DNA of 64,000 nt from Selaginella moellendorffii (GCF_000143415.4 NW_003314316.1:1138666-1202665), one strand, 5' to 3'; positions 22,269 to 37,200 are shown, numbered from the stretch's first letter. The notes: generated by a model from the sequence alone, not told the origin. A program made the numbers and translations.

Positions 22269-25200
22269 CGGAAGGTATCATGGTACTACTATATTTTCAT
22301 GCTACAGGGAACAAAGGAAGTAATAAACATGATATGTATCAAACACTAAGCATAATGTTCCTTCAAACGGAAAAAGACTTTGAAGAACGGCAGAGAGGCT
22401 TTAAAAATTCTTTAAAGTCACAAAAAAATCGGAGCTGAGTTTTGAGATGTCAAAACCATTCTGCCAAAACTTACCAGGCCTCAATCGAAAGAGTGGAAGT
22501 TTTTCTCTCTGGCAGCGATTTTGACATGTCACTCAAAGCGGGATGTAATTCAGGAAGATGCATGAGCTTTACATTTTCAAATTCCACTTCCCCATTCTCT
22601 GGCCTCTTGGAAACATGTGGTTCTTGTTTGTTTGTCACCAACTTCTACATAGATCATTATGTACCGTTGTAAAAACTATACATGTGGCATGTCATCCAGG
22701 TTAGGGTTTGTGCGATGGCGCTTTGGCGCGATCGATGGCGCGCTGTGGTGCTGGTGATGGCTGGAATGCGCATTCCTGATTGCATCGCGCTCGTCCTCTC
22801 GTTGGTATTGGATCTTTCTGCTGCTGTTGCTAATCGATTTTGGTACTAGGGAGCTCTCGGATCGGATTATCTGGATGTGATGTCGATTGCTAGGTAAGTT
22901 CCTCATGCCCTCAATCTCTCTAGGATTGCATGGAGTCAGTCTTGTGTGTGATGATTGTCGATCAATGCGTGCTTTTCCTTGCCTGTATTCTTCTTTTTCT
23001 TCGCATTCTTTGCCTCGCTTTGAGTTGAGGCTCGAGAAAGAAAGAGAGAGTTTTAAGAGAGTTCTTCTTGCCTTGATATATGATAGTGATTATCCAAATT
23101 CTCCAGTTGCTGAAGAGGTTAAAGTTTCGCTCACTCAATTAGTGATTTACATTCTAGTTGCAATGGTGCGAGGCAAGATGAGCAAACCTGGCAGCAATGG
23201 TGGCATCCACACCCATGCATGCCGATAATCCACTTTTCTCCTTGACGATTTGCTACTTGATCAAGGCTTTGGAAGCTAGCTAAGCTTTGGTTTCTTTCTC
23301 AGTGTACGCAATGTGTATTTGGACGAGCATGGCATTTAGCTACCTTGGAAGGAGTTTTGACAACGCCCTGAGATTGCTATCCACTCTTGCTCTTAGCATG
23401 ACTCGCTGGAAGTTCCTGGCTCTCACTGTAAGTTTTCTCTTGAGTTTTCCAGGCTCTTTTTGTTTTTTAGTGCTAGTGGAGATGCTGTACATGCGCAAGC
23501 AGCTCAACGCCATCTCCTGTGACATTGTTCGCCATTGGTATCAGATAGCTCACTTTACTCCCTTTTTTCTGCAGTTCTTGGTTGATGATCCATGGCAGCT
23601 TGTTTCTTTGGTGCAGAATTTATTGTCTCTCAAGGAAGGCTGAGATGCTGAAGTAAAGAAGGCATACCCGAGCAAAGGAGTCATTCCAGCCCGACTTTGA
23701 TCCGGTAATGTTGCAGAACTATGACAAGCGTCTGTGATAGATGGTTTCCTGCGTCCTCATGTTCTAGCAGCACAGTCGAATGCCTTTGCTGTCGGAGATG
23801 ATGGAAGAAGAAGAGCCCGAGAAGGCCGAGCTTGAGAACAAACTCGTGAAGACTAGGAAAGTAAGTTCCTCTTGTGGAACTAGAGTTTGTTCTCTTTTCT
23901 CTCGTGGAACTATACTAAATCTCTCTCTTTGTCACAGCCACATCTACATGAATTGCAACACCAGCATGCATTGAGGAGAGATGTGGCCTCAACACCAAAG
24001 CCAAGGAAGCTCGGATAAACACCAAGTCTAACAGCGCTCAAGCCGGATTGACAGAAAGCAGTGGAGCTGCCAGGTACCATCACCCTCAGTAGTGAAGCAC
24101 TTCTCATGGCTCTAGCTTGCGGCTTCATCAACATGTAGTTCTTGAGAGGTACCTCTTTTCACTCTTCCTCGAAAATCCTTTCATAGTTGTGCTGATCCGT
24201 CACTTCCTTTTCTACAGGAACGCCTCTCTCAGTCTTTCCCAGAACAGATCAACCGAGCAGGCACTTGCCCAGCACCGCCAGCACCGCACCCCACCCAGCT
24301 GCCAGCCGCCAGCGCAGCACCGCAGCTCCGCAGCTCCATGCCGCCCCCGGATTAACAAGTCGAATTATAAGTTTAATTATAAGTCTAATTGTATTTGACT
24401 TAGCACAACTTCAATTATAACTCTCATTTTGAGCCAAAAAAGCTCCGTGTGATTATCCTAAGATTACTATGACATAGCCTTAGCTAGGGGCATGAAACCA
24501 TACACACACCATCTTAATCAGCACCCCTAATTACCTCTCACTCATACTAGATTTATTATAAAATCTTCTAGCATGCTTGTTTTCAGTATAAGCTGTATAT
24601 CTCATTGCAGCACCGATGTCTAAGTGCCCATCTTGGAACTGCCACCCAGCTACAAACTTCCTTTGCAAGCAAGGCAACACTGTACCACAGAAACTACCTT
24701 AATCTCCACCACCATTAGTCTTGCACAAGATGGGCTCTTGCTACCTTTGCCTCTAATCATGATAGTGTGTGTGGATGCTACCAAATTTTGATCTTGATCA
24801 AGCAAGGGAGAGAGGTTAACAATTGTTCCCTACCAACTAGGCACCCATGACCCCCCAAAAACATGTATAATATAGAACTTCAGATAACTTAGTTGCTTTA
24901 ACTGATAGCACATTCTTTTGTGCCACAGGGACCAAGAGTGATAAGAAAATCAATTTATGTTGTGGTCTCATGCCTCTAGTTCGCCATTGCAAGACCCCCA
25001 AAAAGATGTATTATTATTTCTTTAAGTGTTTAATATTGTGCTATGTTAGAATATGGTTTTCTCCTTTAAATCTCAAAAACCAGGTTTCTTCCCTATATAC
25101 AATAGCCCAAACATATGAAGCATCGATTGAACAGGAAATGTTCAAAAGGATGTTGGATGAAGAGGGAAACTTACACAGCGACTCACCACATTGTGAATGT

Positions 25201-25489
25201 TACTAATGCAATAATATCGAGCTATACCAATCCTGAACATGCTTAGTGAATCACTAACACTAGCGAGAGTTTTCATCACTATTCCAGATTGGTGAGTGTC
25301 ACTGATAGATAGTTTAGGTTGGTTCCTTAGTCTCTAATGGCAGGACATGTCTCGGGTTTCTAATGCCCTACCAAGCCAATGTTGCATAAGAAAGTGTTAT
25401 ATTCCTTCTCTTCTGTGGCATAAACAAGCCCAGGTTGATGTGTTTACCTAGTGATTCAATATACTTCAGTAGAGGTTTAAATTGGGAGT

Positions 25490-28400
25490 TTCCCATCTAC
25501 TTGCTTCAAGCACTTAAGAAATCTCTATAGATCCAAGCATAATATAACTATTATATGGAATATCCTCACTCTAAGAATATTCCGGAATCTTACTCTCCCA
25601 GGGGCAACAACCTGGCAAAAAAAAAACCATGACCTACAACTGTATAAACTTGTGGCCAAAAAGTGAAAGCAAATGCCCAATAGAAGTAATTGGAGAAGGA
25701 AGAATAAAAGTAAAAAGGATAAAGGTGTGAAGTTTGAAGACAGAGGAGAAAATTTAATAATCAAATTAAACCCAAGATTCAAGAAGAAAAACAAGAGAAA
25801 AGTGAGAAAAAGAGAAGAACAACTAAGTAAACACAAAAGAAAGAAAAGAAACAAAAGAAAAAGAAAAACCAAGGTCTAGTGAAGAGATTTAGACCTAAAT
25901 TACACCCCCCAAAGTTCTCAAACCTTTAAAAGTACCAAAATCTCCTTAAAGCTTTGCCATGAAATGGAATTGCATTGCTCAATAGTGGTAAGTGCAAAAA
26001 GTGGGAGGATATAAAAAATAGATGGAAAGGAAAGTGCCTCAAGGTGCTTGATCAAAAAGAATGTTAGCCACAAGGTGAGATAAAGAGCTCTCCAAAAAAT
26101 GCCAACTGGATTGTATCAAAAGCTAGAAGTCTACAACAATATGCAGTGCAAGTTGGCTCTTCATCTATAGAACTGCTGTTAATTGGGAAAGCATGCCTAA
26201 AACAGATCTAGATGCCTTTTGCACTAGGCCCAACCAATCATTAAAAGACTTTGCTTCACTACTATAAGTATCAAAATATGGATAGAATTGTTGCTAGAAC
26301 GTGGAGAAGAAAGAGATTCTCCTACTGAAACTTGGCTGAACGGTGGAGGCTGTCTCTGTAAAGACTCTGTGCCTATAAACCATTTTGTCAAGCTAAACTG
26401 TGGTACCAAATGAAAAGATGGACAAGGCAACTACTGGATAGATGGGCAATGGTGTAAGATGTAAAGCCCAAGGGGAATCAGAACTTCGGAAACTTGAGCT
26501 TCTGGACAAATAAAATCAATACCACCTCAAGAGCTACAACCCAAGCAAGAGGCTACTTCTAANNNNNNNNNNNNNNNNNNNNNNNNNNNNNNNNNNNNNN
26601 NNNNNNNNNNNNNNNNNNNNNNNNNNNNNNNNNNNNNNNNNNNNNNNNNNNNNNNNNNNNNNAAGAAAGAAAGAACAAAGATTGAAGTTGGGAGTTCAAA
26701 GTTGTTGTAAATGTCCTATAGGTGTCCTAGGAACCTGCACCACTATCCCAAAAGTTGAATTGAGTGCAGTTGGATGATGAACCAAGGCGCTGATGAGAAG
26801 CTGAAGATGTCCTAAATGCATGACGTGGTGTCTCCCCCGAAAGGTATATTACACACTAGCACGTCGAGATCACAAAGCTGGAGGAAACGTGCTCCACCTA
26901 TTGTGCTGAGTAGAAGACAAGTGCCTATGTGCTCTCTAAGAGCTGGGAGTCTCACTAAGCAAGCACTGAAGGTGTGAAAAGATCCTAGGATTCTTGTGTC
27001 CACCACCTTAGTCACTAAGCGGATAAATTGCTTTAAACAAGGCCTGAATATTGCTCCAAGTTGGAATAGAAAAACTTGCTGGAACCTTGTGGCATCCCTA
27101 GCTTTGTGAGCCCAAAACTCACATGCAACACATCCAAAGTCTCTGCTAATGGATGAAGAATGTCAAGAGGAGAGTCTCTTGAGAGTCACCATGAAGAGCT
27201 AGTGCAAAAAGCATAGGCAAAAAACTCTCCCCTTGTGATGGAAGCTCAAAAGTGTCCATATGTTAGTAAACAAGAGAACATAGGAGCACAAAAGCTGGCC
27301 TTAAGTGAAAACTCCTTTGCAGTAATGCCTAGCAATAAAAGAAGATCATTGACTTCAAGAGAAAATAGTGTGCATCTGGCCTAGGGATCATCATAACCTC
27401 CTCCACTAAGTCTGGTATGAACACAACCTTAAATAAAAAGGTCATAGTCTCAAAAGAACTCTGGGTGGCATGACCTCCACATGAGTACTCTAAAGCTCTT
27501 CTACTGGTTATAGAAGCAAAATCATGCCTAGGTCAGTTGTTGTCTCCAAATCCTTTATAGTAGGCAATTGGGGAATCTACCAAATCTTTGGTATATCTTG
27601 TGACTGGCTAGTCCTAAATGCATTCTAAATAGATGAGTATAGATAGGAGCAACCCTAAGATGATATTGTCGAGCTAGTGTGGAAGACAGCAATTGTGTTC
27701 CATTCCACCATCTTAATCTTTAGTAGTTGTGCAATAGAAGGAGTTTGCAACAAAGGCACATCCATCTGAGTATGTGATGGACCTGGAGGCTTTGGTATGG
27801 AGTCCTTTTTATCTCTCTAAGAACACTTCAACATTGGGTCATCATAGAGTTCCAGCTTGGGTAAGCTCTCATAGTAAAGAAGCTTTGGGAAAACCACTGA
27901 AAGATCATCATATATTGGTGGCTCTGCCTCAACGGTGTTCACAGCCTTAGGCTGCTCAAATTGAAGACGTTAGCCATGCCTCATTGAGAAGAATTGTAGA
28001 ATGCTACCTGTTGGAAATTATCATACTGCCTAAATGTCATTTTGACTCATAATCCATTGCTTCATGCCAAGCGCTACCAAGGATGACTTGGTCTCCACTG
28101 TGGGATGCTCTAGCAGACTCATAATCCAAGACTAGGAAATCCACCATGGCCTCCACAACATGAACGTAAGTGCATATGCTGCAGCAAATGCTTATTAGTG
28201 TTAGAAGCACTGTATGATCAGCAAAGGTTTTCAGCATAATTGCCATGGTAGAATTCGCATTGCTTGACTCTGGCTCTAGGAGTAGCGTCATGTCACTTAA
28301 TACATTATCTTGGCTTGGATATCTCTTCAAAAACCTGTCCAGCTATTGTGATTGGAGCAATGGATCCAAGATTATCAGAGTCTCCACCAGTTGTACAACC

Positions 28401-31190
28401 ACATTAGAAGTGTTGGAGGAGCCCTAGAGTCAGCTTGAAGGTGAGAAAACTGATCCAACTGATCAGCCAAACTTGGAATAAATTTGAGCAAGTCTTTGAG
28501 TGAAACTATAAAGTTAAGCACCTGGATTTACTCCAAAGATGAGTTGGAAGTATCTCCATATCCTAGAAAGCAAGAACACTCTTCTGTAAATCATGAGGAA
28601 AAATCCTTGTTTTTTGAGAAGCTGTAGCAGGAACTGTAGATGTCATTGCAGATGTATTTGGAAAGGGCATCTGCACTGCTGTAAGTGGAGATGGTGCAGC
28701 AATTGGTGTTGGTTCCTAATCAAGCTCAATAGAAACTAGGATCTTCTTCTTCTTGCCTTGTGTCACAGTTGCAATGGTCTCCTCCATCATGAACTCCACT
28801 TGTGCAAAAGCCTTGCCATGATCTTGTACTTCAATGGCTTTTTGTTGCAACCTAGCCTGGTAGGTACTCTCTCCTAAACCCTAAACCGGAAAGGAGGAAC
28901 AAGATTGTGCCCTGGAAATGGCATAAACAACATCAGAAGGTGACAGACCAAAGCTCTCTCTCAAAGAAATGTCAAGTTCTCAATCTCCATTGTATGTGCA
29001 GATGTTTAAGTGATGTCACTTACCTTTGCTGAATCCCTAGCTTCAGCCCACTCACATAAGCAGAGATGGGGACATTCTCATCCTTCATTGGCTCTTTTGC
29101 TTAGTAGATCTTCCAATAGAGCTTGAAGCATGTCATAATCAAAGAAGGCATTATCACCTTGCCAAAGAAGAAAGAGTTCATAAGGTAGCTATTGCATGTC
29201 TTTTCAATCTCGAATGCCTTAAGAATCTCGAATGCCTTACGAAAGGAAGCCAACAATCTAGACAAGACCTTGCACTCCACCTCTATCAAAGCTCTCACCC
29301 AGGCCTGTGCTTTGCCCATCAAAGATTGTGCAAACTCCAAGCATCATGTCACATCGCCTAAGATGTGATTGGATGCATAATATTGCAAGAATTTGTCGAT
29401 ATGATTCTGTGGGAGAAGTCCCAAGGTTGGACTGAAGAGAGGCAAGTCCATAGCATCTTGGCTATTCCATGTCGGAAAGAAAATGCCTAGGCTCAGTATC
29501 TGTGATAGAAGAAGAAGGCTGCTTGAAAACTCTTCTAGGGCATGCTTTAGAGGGATAAATCATATCTTGTGCTCTAAAGAACTGCTCCTCATCACACGGG
29601 CATGAACCACAAATGCCCAAAGATGGCAAATGCCTAGCCACCTCAACCTTGATAAACAATCCTAAGTTGTCACTCTAATAACCAACCAAAAGTGGGAAAT
29701 TTACCAGCTCTTGAAATAAACAAGAGTTAAAAACAAAAAACACTTCTCCAGCCTACTCTAGCTCTTGGACAAAATAAGTCTTAGAAAATCTGAGCAGAAA
29801 AGAGGTGAGTTCAAAAGGCAAGTCCACAAATGTGTAATCCGGCCTTTAACACCACCTCTGCAAGGATCAATATCTTCATCTAAAATTTCTGGAACTTAGA
29901 TCAATTTCAAGGTTTTCTGTAGCTAACTGAGTGCCACATACTCAGGAATTTAGCTTGATTTCTAGCCACCTCAAGAATTCTTCGATCTTCTTAATGCACT
30001 TATATATGTCTGCCAAAGGCATGTCAACCTTAGGGGTTTGGATATTGTTGTTGAAGAATTCTAGTACTACCTTATCTATTGTCCAAACCTCCATAAATAA
30101 TTGATTAGCAGCTTGCCCTGTAGAATCCATAGCAACAAACTTACAGATTCTCAAACTCTATCCTACCACACTGATATAAAGTAGATCACCACCCAGCCAC
30201 CCTCAAGCCCTCTGCGCCACTGCTCCACCTCCACCATGTCCAAAAACTGACTAAACTTAACTTGAGGAAGTTCCAAACTCCTCATAGACAGTGAGATTGG
30301 AGGGAGGTTAGGCTATTGCTCTAGCCGTGTCTCATGATCCCATTCTCCTTGCATCAAGTTGAAAAAGAGAAATAACATTAGATCTCTCAACTCACTAGAC
30401 CAAAAATTCACAAGACAATCCTCAAAAGAATGCTCTCATCAGATTATGAAGAAAAAGATCCAATAAATAGTTTCTAAAATTGTGAGACAAAGATAAAGTA
30501 TTGCTCAACCTTTAACAGTTGAAACACAATAAGATCTCACGAGAGAATGAATCAAATCAAGCAAGAGAAGAGCCTTGTGGAAACCTTGGGAGAAAATCTG
30601 CCAAGAAAAAGAAAGATCTGAAAAATTGGTAGTTTTAGAGAGTGTGAATTACTACAAAAGATGGTCATTTCTTGCACATTGCAAATCTTCTTGCATGCTG
30701 TGATTTTTATGTTAAGTTTGCAGATTTATGATACCAGAGGATAGAGAAGGATAAGATCTTCAGGCCCATCTACTTAATTTTCTATTAAACAAAAGTGGAG
30801 TGTGAGAACAAGATTTTTCAGTACCTAAAGAAAAACTAACACAAGAGGAAATTCTGCTCAATGGCAATGAATGGCATACCTGAGAATGCTGATACAGCTT
30901 CCAGGGTGCTCATAAGTGCTAGGACATAGAAAACTGCTCAAATTCCTCTCAGTCTCACCAAAACAGGCCAAAAAAGGAAAAAAAGAAAGAAAGAAAAAGA
31001 GAGAATTGGCCCATCCTACCTTGGTTGCCATATAATGCATGTCTGGGTGCATTTACTTGCTCTAAGTGCTAAAGAACAAGAAATCTTTGTAGCTCAAAGC
31101 AAAGATACAAGCATGAATGTAGGGGATGTGTTTCTCACACCTTAAGAATATTCCTGGAATCTCAATCCCTTCAAGGTGGACTACAAAAAA
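25490..31190 (-). mobile_element. Decayed gag-bearing retroelement-like region
   Basis: Retrotrans_gag-like LPLFS..PQNHIDKF..EFAQSLMGKAQAW..FRKAF at about 29230-29460 (minus). Diverged direct repeats at about 25495-25625 and 31030-31190. No RT recognised. Confidence 0.45.
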
Positions 31191-31299
31191 ATGAATCATT
31201 TCATATATATATAAAAACAATAGAATACACTATCTTTTTTTGGCATTCTTGAATTATTATTAAAATCAAGAGGACAAGCACTTACTAGTAATGTAAGAC

Positions 31300-34200
31300 T
31301 TTTTAAACTTATAAACATTCATTATTAAAGTATTCTCACAAATAAACATCACAAGTAGTAAGCAAGACTGTTGATATATTTATTTGTGAATTTGTCTTTA
31401 AAAGTTCATCCCTTCTATGTTCCACTTGTAAAACCATGGATCCATTATCTAGCGTAATTATACCTCCTGGGTAAAAATTGATAAGGCAACTAAACCAAAT
31501 ATCATAAACAGCCTCTTTAAAGTTGTAATATGAATATTCGTTGAGGTCCCCAATGGTTAAAAAACAACCTAAAGTTCCAATTTGAGCTGTATATACCCCT
31601 TGTAAGTAATTATTAGAGGAATAACTATTCCATACTCTAGATAAACACCTACAATAATCATTAGGATCTGTTCTTATTGCTATTCTTCCAATACAATTTT
31701 GAAAGTGTCCAGTAGAGTAAGAATGAACCTCTTTGCAATAATAACAAAGGATTATAGTGATAGAAGTAAGAGATGTTAAGAATTCCATAGCAATAATATT
31801 AATTTTTTATATACAACAAAAGAATTCTTGAAAGTCCTATTGGAGCATCCAAATATACAAGAGCCTTTAAAGTATTCCCAAATTTGAAGAATTAACTTAG
31901 TTATTATCATTGAAAGGAAAAAATGATGTTGAATTTTTTAGTATAGAAAAAATATTTGCAATTCCCACTTTTAAAGAGGATAGCCTTGTCAAATCAATGG
32001 CTATTTTCCTCCCTTTTTCATGTTAAAGTCCAAATTAGCGCTTGTTTTCCTCATTTCTTCTTTTATTCTTTGTCTTTTGTTCTTTTTCTTCTCTTTATTT
32101 TATTTCTTAAATTTTCTAGCTGAACAAAACTATGATTAGTAGCTCTATATGCTAAACCCTTAGTATATGGGACATACTAATGCATACCTCTAACATACCA
32201 TCCTCAAGGTGCCTACAAGGATTCACATGGATGTAAACCTTGAATTTGTGCATTCAACACCAAAGTCAAAACTCCAAAGCATATGCAAAATCAAAGTAAG
32301 TCAATTCTTAAACAAGCCTTCATTTACTTGGTTACTATTGTGAGCCAACTTCAAATACCAATGGAAACACTTAAAGCTTTTAAGCATATGGTGTATTTCC
32401 CCAAGATTATATGCTCAAGAAGTGAGTTGTGATAAGAGCATTATATTTATACGCACAAAATTATTATGCATTGTGAGGTCCAAGTGTATGGCTACGATGC
32501 CTTATACTAATATTAGCATAATGGGATTTTGGTAGGTGTCAGATTGGTTTCAATCCGGACCACTTGCTCTTGTATATAAACTAGGGTTTTTGGGTTAATT
32601 GATATACACATTTTCTATATTCCCTTTTAATATTCTAAACACTCACATTGGTGGAAGTGAAGGGCACCTTTCATTGTCTCTAAGGAGTGCTTGAATTTGG
32701 GATTTTTGTTTAAATCTAGCTTTTGCATTATATAAATTTAACTTTTTCTATTTTCCTTTCTTTTGTTCTTTCTTTTCAAGATTTTGGTTTAGATTTAGCT
32801 TTTCCATTTCTAGATCTCCCTTTCCTTTTAGTTTTTTTTTTCTCATTTCTCTTCTTTTGCTCTTTCCTTTTCATTCATTTTCATGGCAGAGCAAAAATCT
32901 CCTCCTCTGACTCTAGAGCAGCAGTTGGTGCAATTGCTTAATACCATGCAATTGCAATTGAACAACTAAACTCAATTGATGGCAGCATTCACGGCATGTG
33001 GTACAGCTCTTCGTGCTCTTGGTGCTAATCTTTGTGTTTAGCTGGAGTTCTTTCGTGGGAATCCTGAGGATGATGTGTACCATTTGTTCGATCACTTCAC
33101 AATGATTGCCACATATCATTCTTGGGATGATGCTTGATGTTTGAGTGAGTTTCCCATATGTCTCCAAGGGATGGCGCTAAAGTGGTACATTCGTTTGAGT
33201 GCAGCCACTCATAGAGATTGGAGTGTTCTCTCGAACCTCTTCAAACGTGCATTTGGACATGCTGACGACTGTAATGATGCCTTCCAGCAATTGCATCGTC
33301 TTTTTCAAGGGCCATATAAGTCGGTGATATAATTTGGCGTTTGTTTCCAAAGCCTCTTGCTTTGTGCGAAGCTAAATATGTCAAAGCGGATCACGCTAGG
33401 AATGTTGTGGCCAGCACTTCGTCAAGATCTTGTTGGACTTGTGCATGCACTTGCTCTAGCCACCCTTGACGATGCTCTTCACTTGGCACAATATTATAAG
33501 ATGTCGTCTCTTCCACTTCTTGCTGCACGTTTTTCTGCTCCATTTCTTGTGGGTGATGGTCTTGTTCCAATGGAGGTTGATGCTATTGCTGCTTAAGTCC
33601 AAGGACAAGGGTGAGGACGTGGTCGTGGCTAAGACGTTCGCTGTTAGGTATGTGATGAAGTTGGTCACACTTATCAACGTTGTCGGTGTTTTCTGGATTA
33701 GCAACTTCTATTTCCTGGATGGAAACCTTGGCGTCAACAATGTCTTGTTAGTGCTGCTGCAGTGGAAGGTCTGGACATTGAGATGCATATGGGAAACAAG
33801 GAGTTGTGGAGTCCTTGGACATGTGAACCTCACATTGTAATAAAGCCTAATGGGAGTATTCATTTTTGTATTGACTATCGTCCATTAAATGAAATGATCC
33901 CGGATATGTACCCTTTTCTTCACACTACTAATCTCTTGGGTAGTCTAGGGTGAAGTCGTTAGTTCACCAAGCTAGATCTTGCTTTTGGGTGCTAGCAAGT
34001 ACCAATGGCCAAAGAAGATATTCCTAGGATTATTTTTTATACACAATTTGGTTTGTACGAGTTTTTGGTGATGCCATTTGGTTTGAATAATGCTTTAACA
34101 ACTTTCCAGTAGATGATGGACAAGATTCTTTGCGATATGCCAGAAGTGATAGTTGACTTCATTAATGATGTTTTAATCCATTTGGAGGGGACGTGGGAGG

Positions 34201-37200
34201 AGCACGTTTGTGATGTTTGTAAAGTGTTGGATTGGCTATAGGACGTTGGTTTAAAGCTGAAGCGGTCAAAGTGTGTGTTTGGGTCCAAGGACACAACTTA
34301 TTTTAGGTATTGTATTTCTCGTGTTGATCATGACAAACTTATGGCTATTTTAAAATTCTTTACTCCGAAGTGTGTGAATGATGTGTAGTGCTTCCTGGGC
34401 AAGGTGTAGTATCTCAGTTGTTTTGTGGATCATTTTTCTGATCACACTACACCGTTGTGAGCGTTGTTGAAGTTATCAACATCATCTTTCATCTGGTCTC
34501 TGGATTGTGAGTGGGCATTCACGGATTTCAAAGAGCTATTGACGACTCCTCCAGTTTTGGCATATCTTGACTACACTCGACCTTTTATTTTGCGCATGGA
34601 TGCTTTTGATGTTGGTCTTGGAAGTGTATTGATGCAAAAGAGCCCGAGTGTGTTTAGTCAGCACCATCCCATTGTATATATAAGCCGTACATTACAACTA
34701 GTGGAGGTGAATTACACCACGACAGAGAAGGAGTATTTAGCAGCAGTCTGGGTTCAAGAAATGTCATGCATATCTACATAGTTCTCAGACGTTACTTGAA
34801 TGTGATCATGTTGCCGTTACTTCATTATTGAAGTGAAAGAACCTGGTTGTTCATACTGTTCGGTGGGCTTTGAAACTTCAGATATATAATTTTGATGTTA
34901 TTCATCACCCAAGGAGTTTTATAGCTGATGCTAATGCCCTTTCTCGAGCTCCTCTTCCTTCTCCACTCTTCTCATGTTTCTGATGAGCCTATTGTTCTGG
35001 CATATGTGAATTTTTTAGACGAGGATTCTGTGTCATCGGCGGTTGTTGTACTTGATGTTCAGTGTTCACAAGGTGTAAAGCAAGATCTACCTTTTCTTGA
35101 TGAGGTTCGCAAGGCTTAAAAGGTTGAGCTATGGATTCGAAGGCTTCGAGATGGGTTTGAAAATCCTGATCATTTGCTAATGACTTGCCATTCCGGCATT
35201 TATATTCTCAGTATCGCTTTGAAGACGGCTTTCTTTATTTTGTGGGGACGGATCTTGATGATCATTTACGGATAGTGGTGCCTTCTATCTTTATTCCATA
35301 GTTTTTCCATGCCTACCACGATTCTCTTGTTCTAGGTGGGCATATGGGATATTGTCGTGTGACCAAGAAGCTATGCAAGTCTTTCTATTAGCCAGAGATG
35401 TGACATGATATTATCTGGTATGTGCGTAGCTATATTTGGTACCAAGCTCATAATACTCCCCCTCACGCCATGAAAGGACAGTTGGAGTTAAATGCAGTTT
35501 CCCATCTATTTGAGTTGGTGGCGTTTGATTTTATGGGACCTTTTTCATGATCGACTGCTAGCTATTAATATGTTATTATTGCTTCTAAATATTTGATTCA
35601 TTGGGTGGAAGTTGGTGCTCTTGCTAGTGCCTCTGCAACTGCTATTGGATACTTCCTCCTCAATTGAGTGGTGTTTTAGCATTCTTGTTTAGAGTGGATT
35701 CTTTCAGATAATGGTCCCGCATTTATGGTTGAGGCATTTCATGTTTTGACATCTCGGTTGGGGATAAGCCACACTTTCATGAGTGCTTATCATCCACAAT
35801 TAGACGATTTGGTGGAATGGATTGTTCGGAAATTCAAAGAAATGATCGCAAAGTATGTGAACTTTTAGCATTCGGATTGGGATGGTTATTTGCCATTTTT
35901 TTGGTATGCATATGTTACAGGGGTGCAAAGTTTTGTTGGTGCTTCACCATATAAACTTTTATATGGTCATGATTCAATATTACTAATGGAGTTGGGTTTA
36001 CTTTCGCAATTGCCACGAGCTGCCGATGCTAAATTGTGGGATTAATATTTGACGAGCATTCTTCCACTTATTCGAGCAGAGTTTGCCGAATACTTAGGCC
36101 ACATACAAGTGGGACAAAAATGGCACTACAACTCCCATCATCATCCACATATGGAGTACAAAGTGGATGATTTGGTGTTAGTCTGTTTTCCCCATTTTAT
36201 GGTATGTGGTTTATCTAAGGGGCTCCTTGCTCAGTGGAAAGGATTGTATTAAGTGTTGTGATAAGTTGGACTGCAAGTTTATGAGGTTCAGCATAACATA
36301 TAGCAAGCTGATCCTCCAAAAATTGTGCATGTGTAACAGTTGAAACACTTCATACAAAGAGATTAGGAACAATTGAGACCACCTACAAATCCGCCGCCTC
36401 CTCTTGACATTCTTTAGATCCCGGCCCATCTACAAGAGAACCCTGATGGTCTTCCATTATTTCGAGAGGAGGGGATGATGTGAGGTCCAAGTGTACAGTT
36501 ACAATGATGTATACTAATATTAGTATAATGGGATTTTGGTAATTGTCAGATTGGTTTCAATCCGGACCACTCACTACTGTATATAAGTTAGGGTTTTTGG
36601 GGTAATTGATATGCACATTTTCTACATTCCTTTTCCATATTCCAAGCACTCACAACATGATTATAATTATTATTAATGTTATTAATATTATTATTGGTAG
36701 TATTTAGGCTATAGAATATTCTTAAATTATTCCTATATGTGGTATCATTCTCCCCTCCCTCATAAACCATCCATAAACAGCAACCTTGAAAAGTTAAACA
36801 AACCTCATATAAAACAAGTCAAAGGTATGGAGAAATATATGTATAGAATAATATCAATATCACAACTAACAATAGAGAACAATATGGGTTTTCCTGTATG
36901 ATAATATAGTTATGGAAACAAAAAAATAAGAATAGAGTAATACCTTAAATCATATAGCAATGTGCCTATAGAATGTAGTTCTCCCCTCAGAATATTATCT
37001 AAGTTATAATCAAAACTCAAAAACACTCTCTTTCTATCATCATTAATTTCCTATGTAGCCTCGTATATGAAGTAGCCATTCCATTAAACTAACAATTCTC
37101 AAGTTATCTTACTAGGTGTTTTCACCAACTTTTGAGCAAGAATATTGGCTAAACCAACTTTCTCAATATGAGACCTGATTATAGATTGATCCATATCTAT

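Noticed and set aside
25525-25879. Lys/Arg-rich and Phe/Leu-rich ORFs
   Set aside because: Low-complexity A/G-rich tract.
28245-28330. ALLDSGS aspartic-protease-like motif on the plus strand
   Set aside because: Opposite strand to the gag-like remnant and no supporting flap or ILG motif; probably chance.
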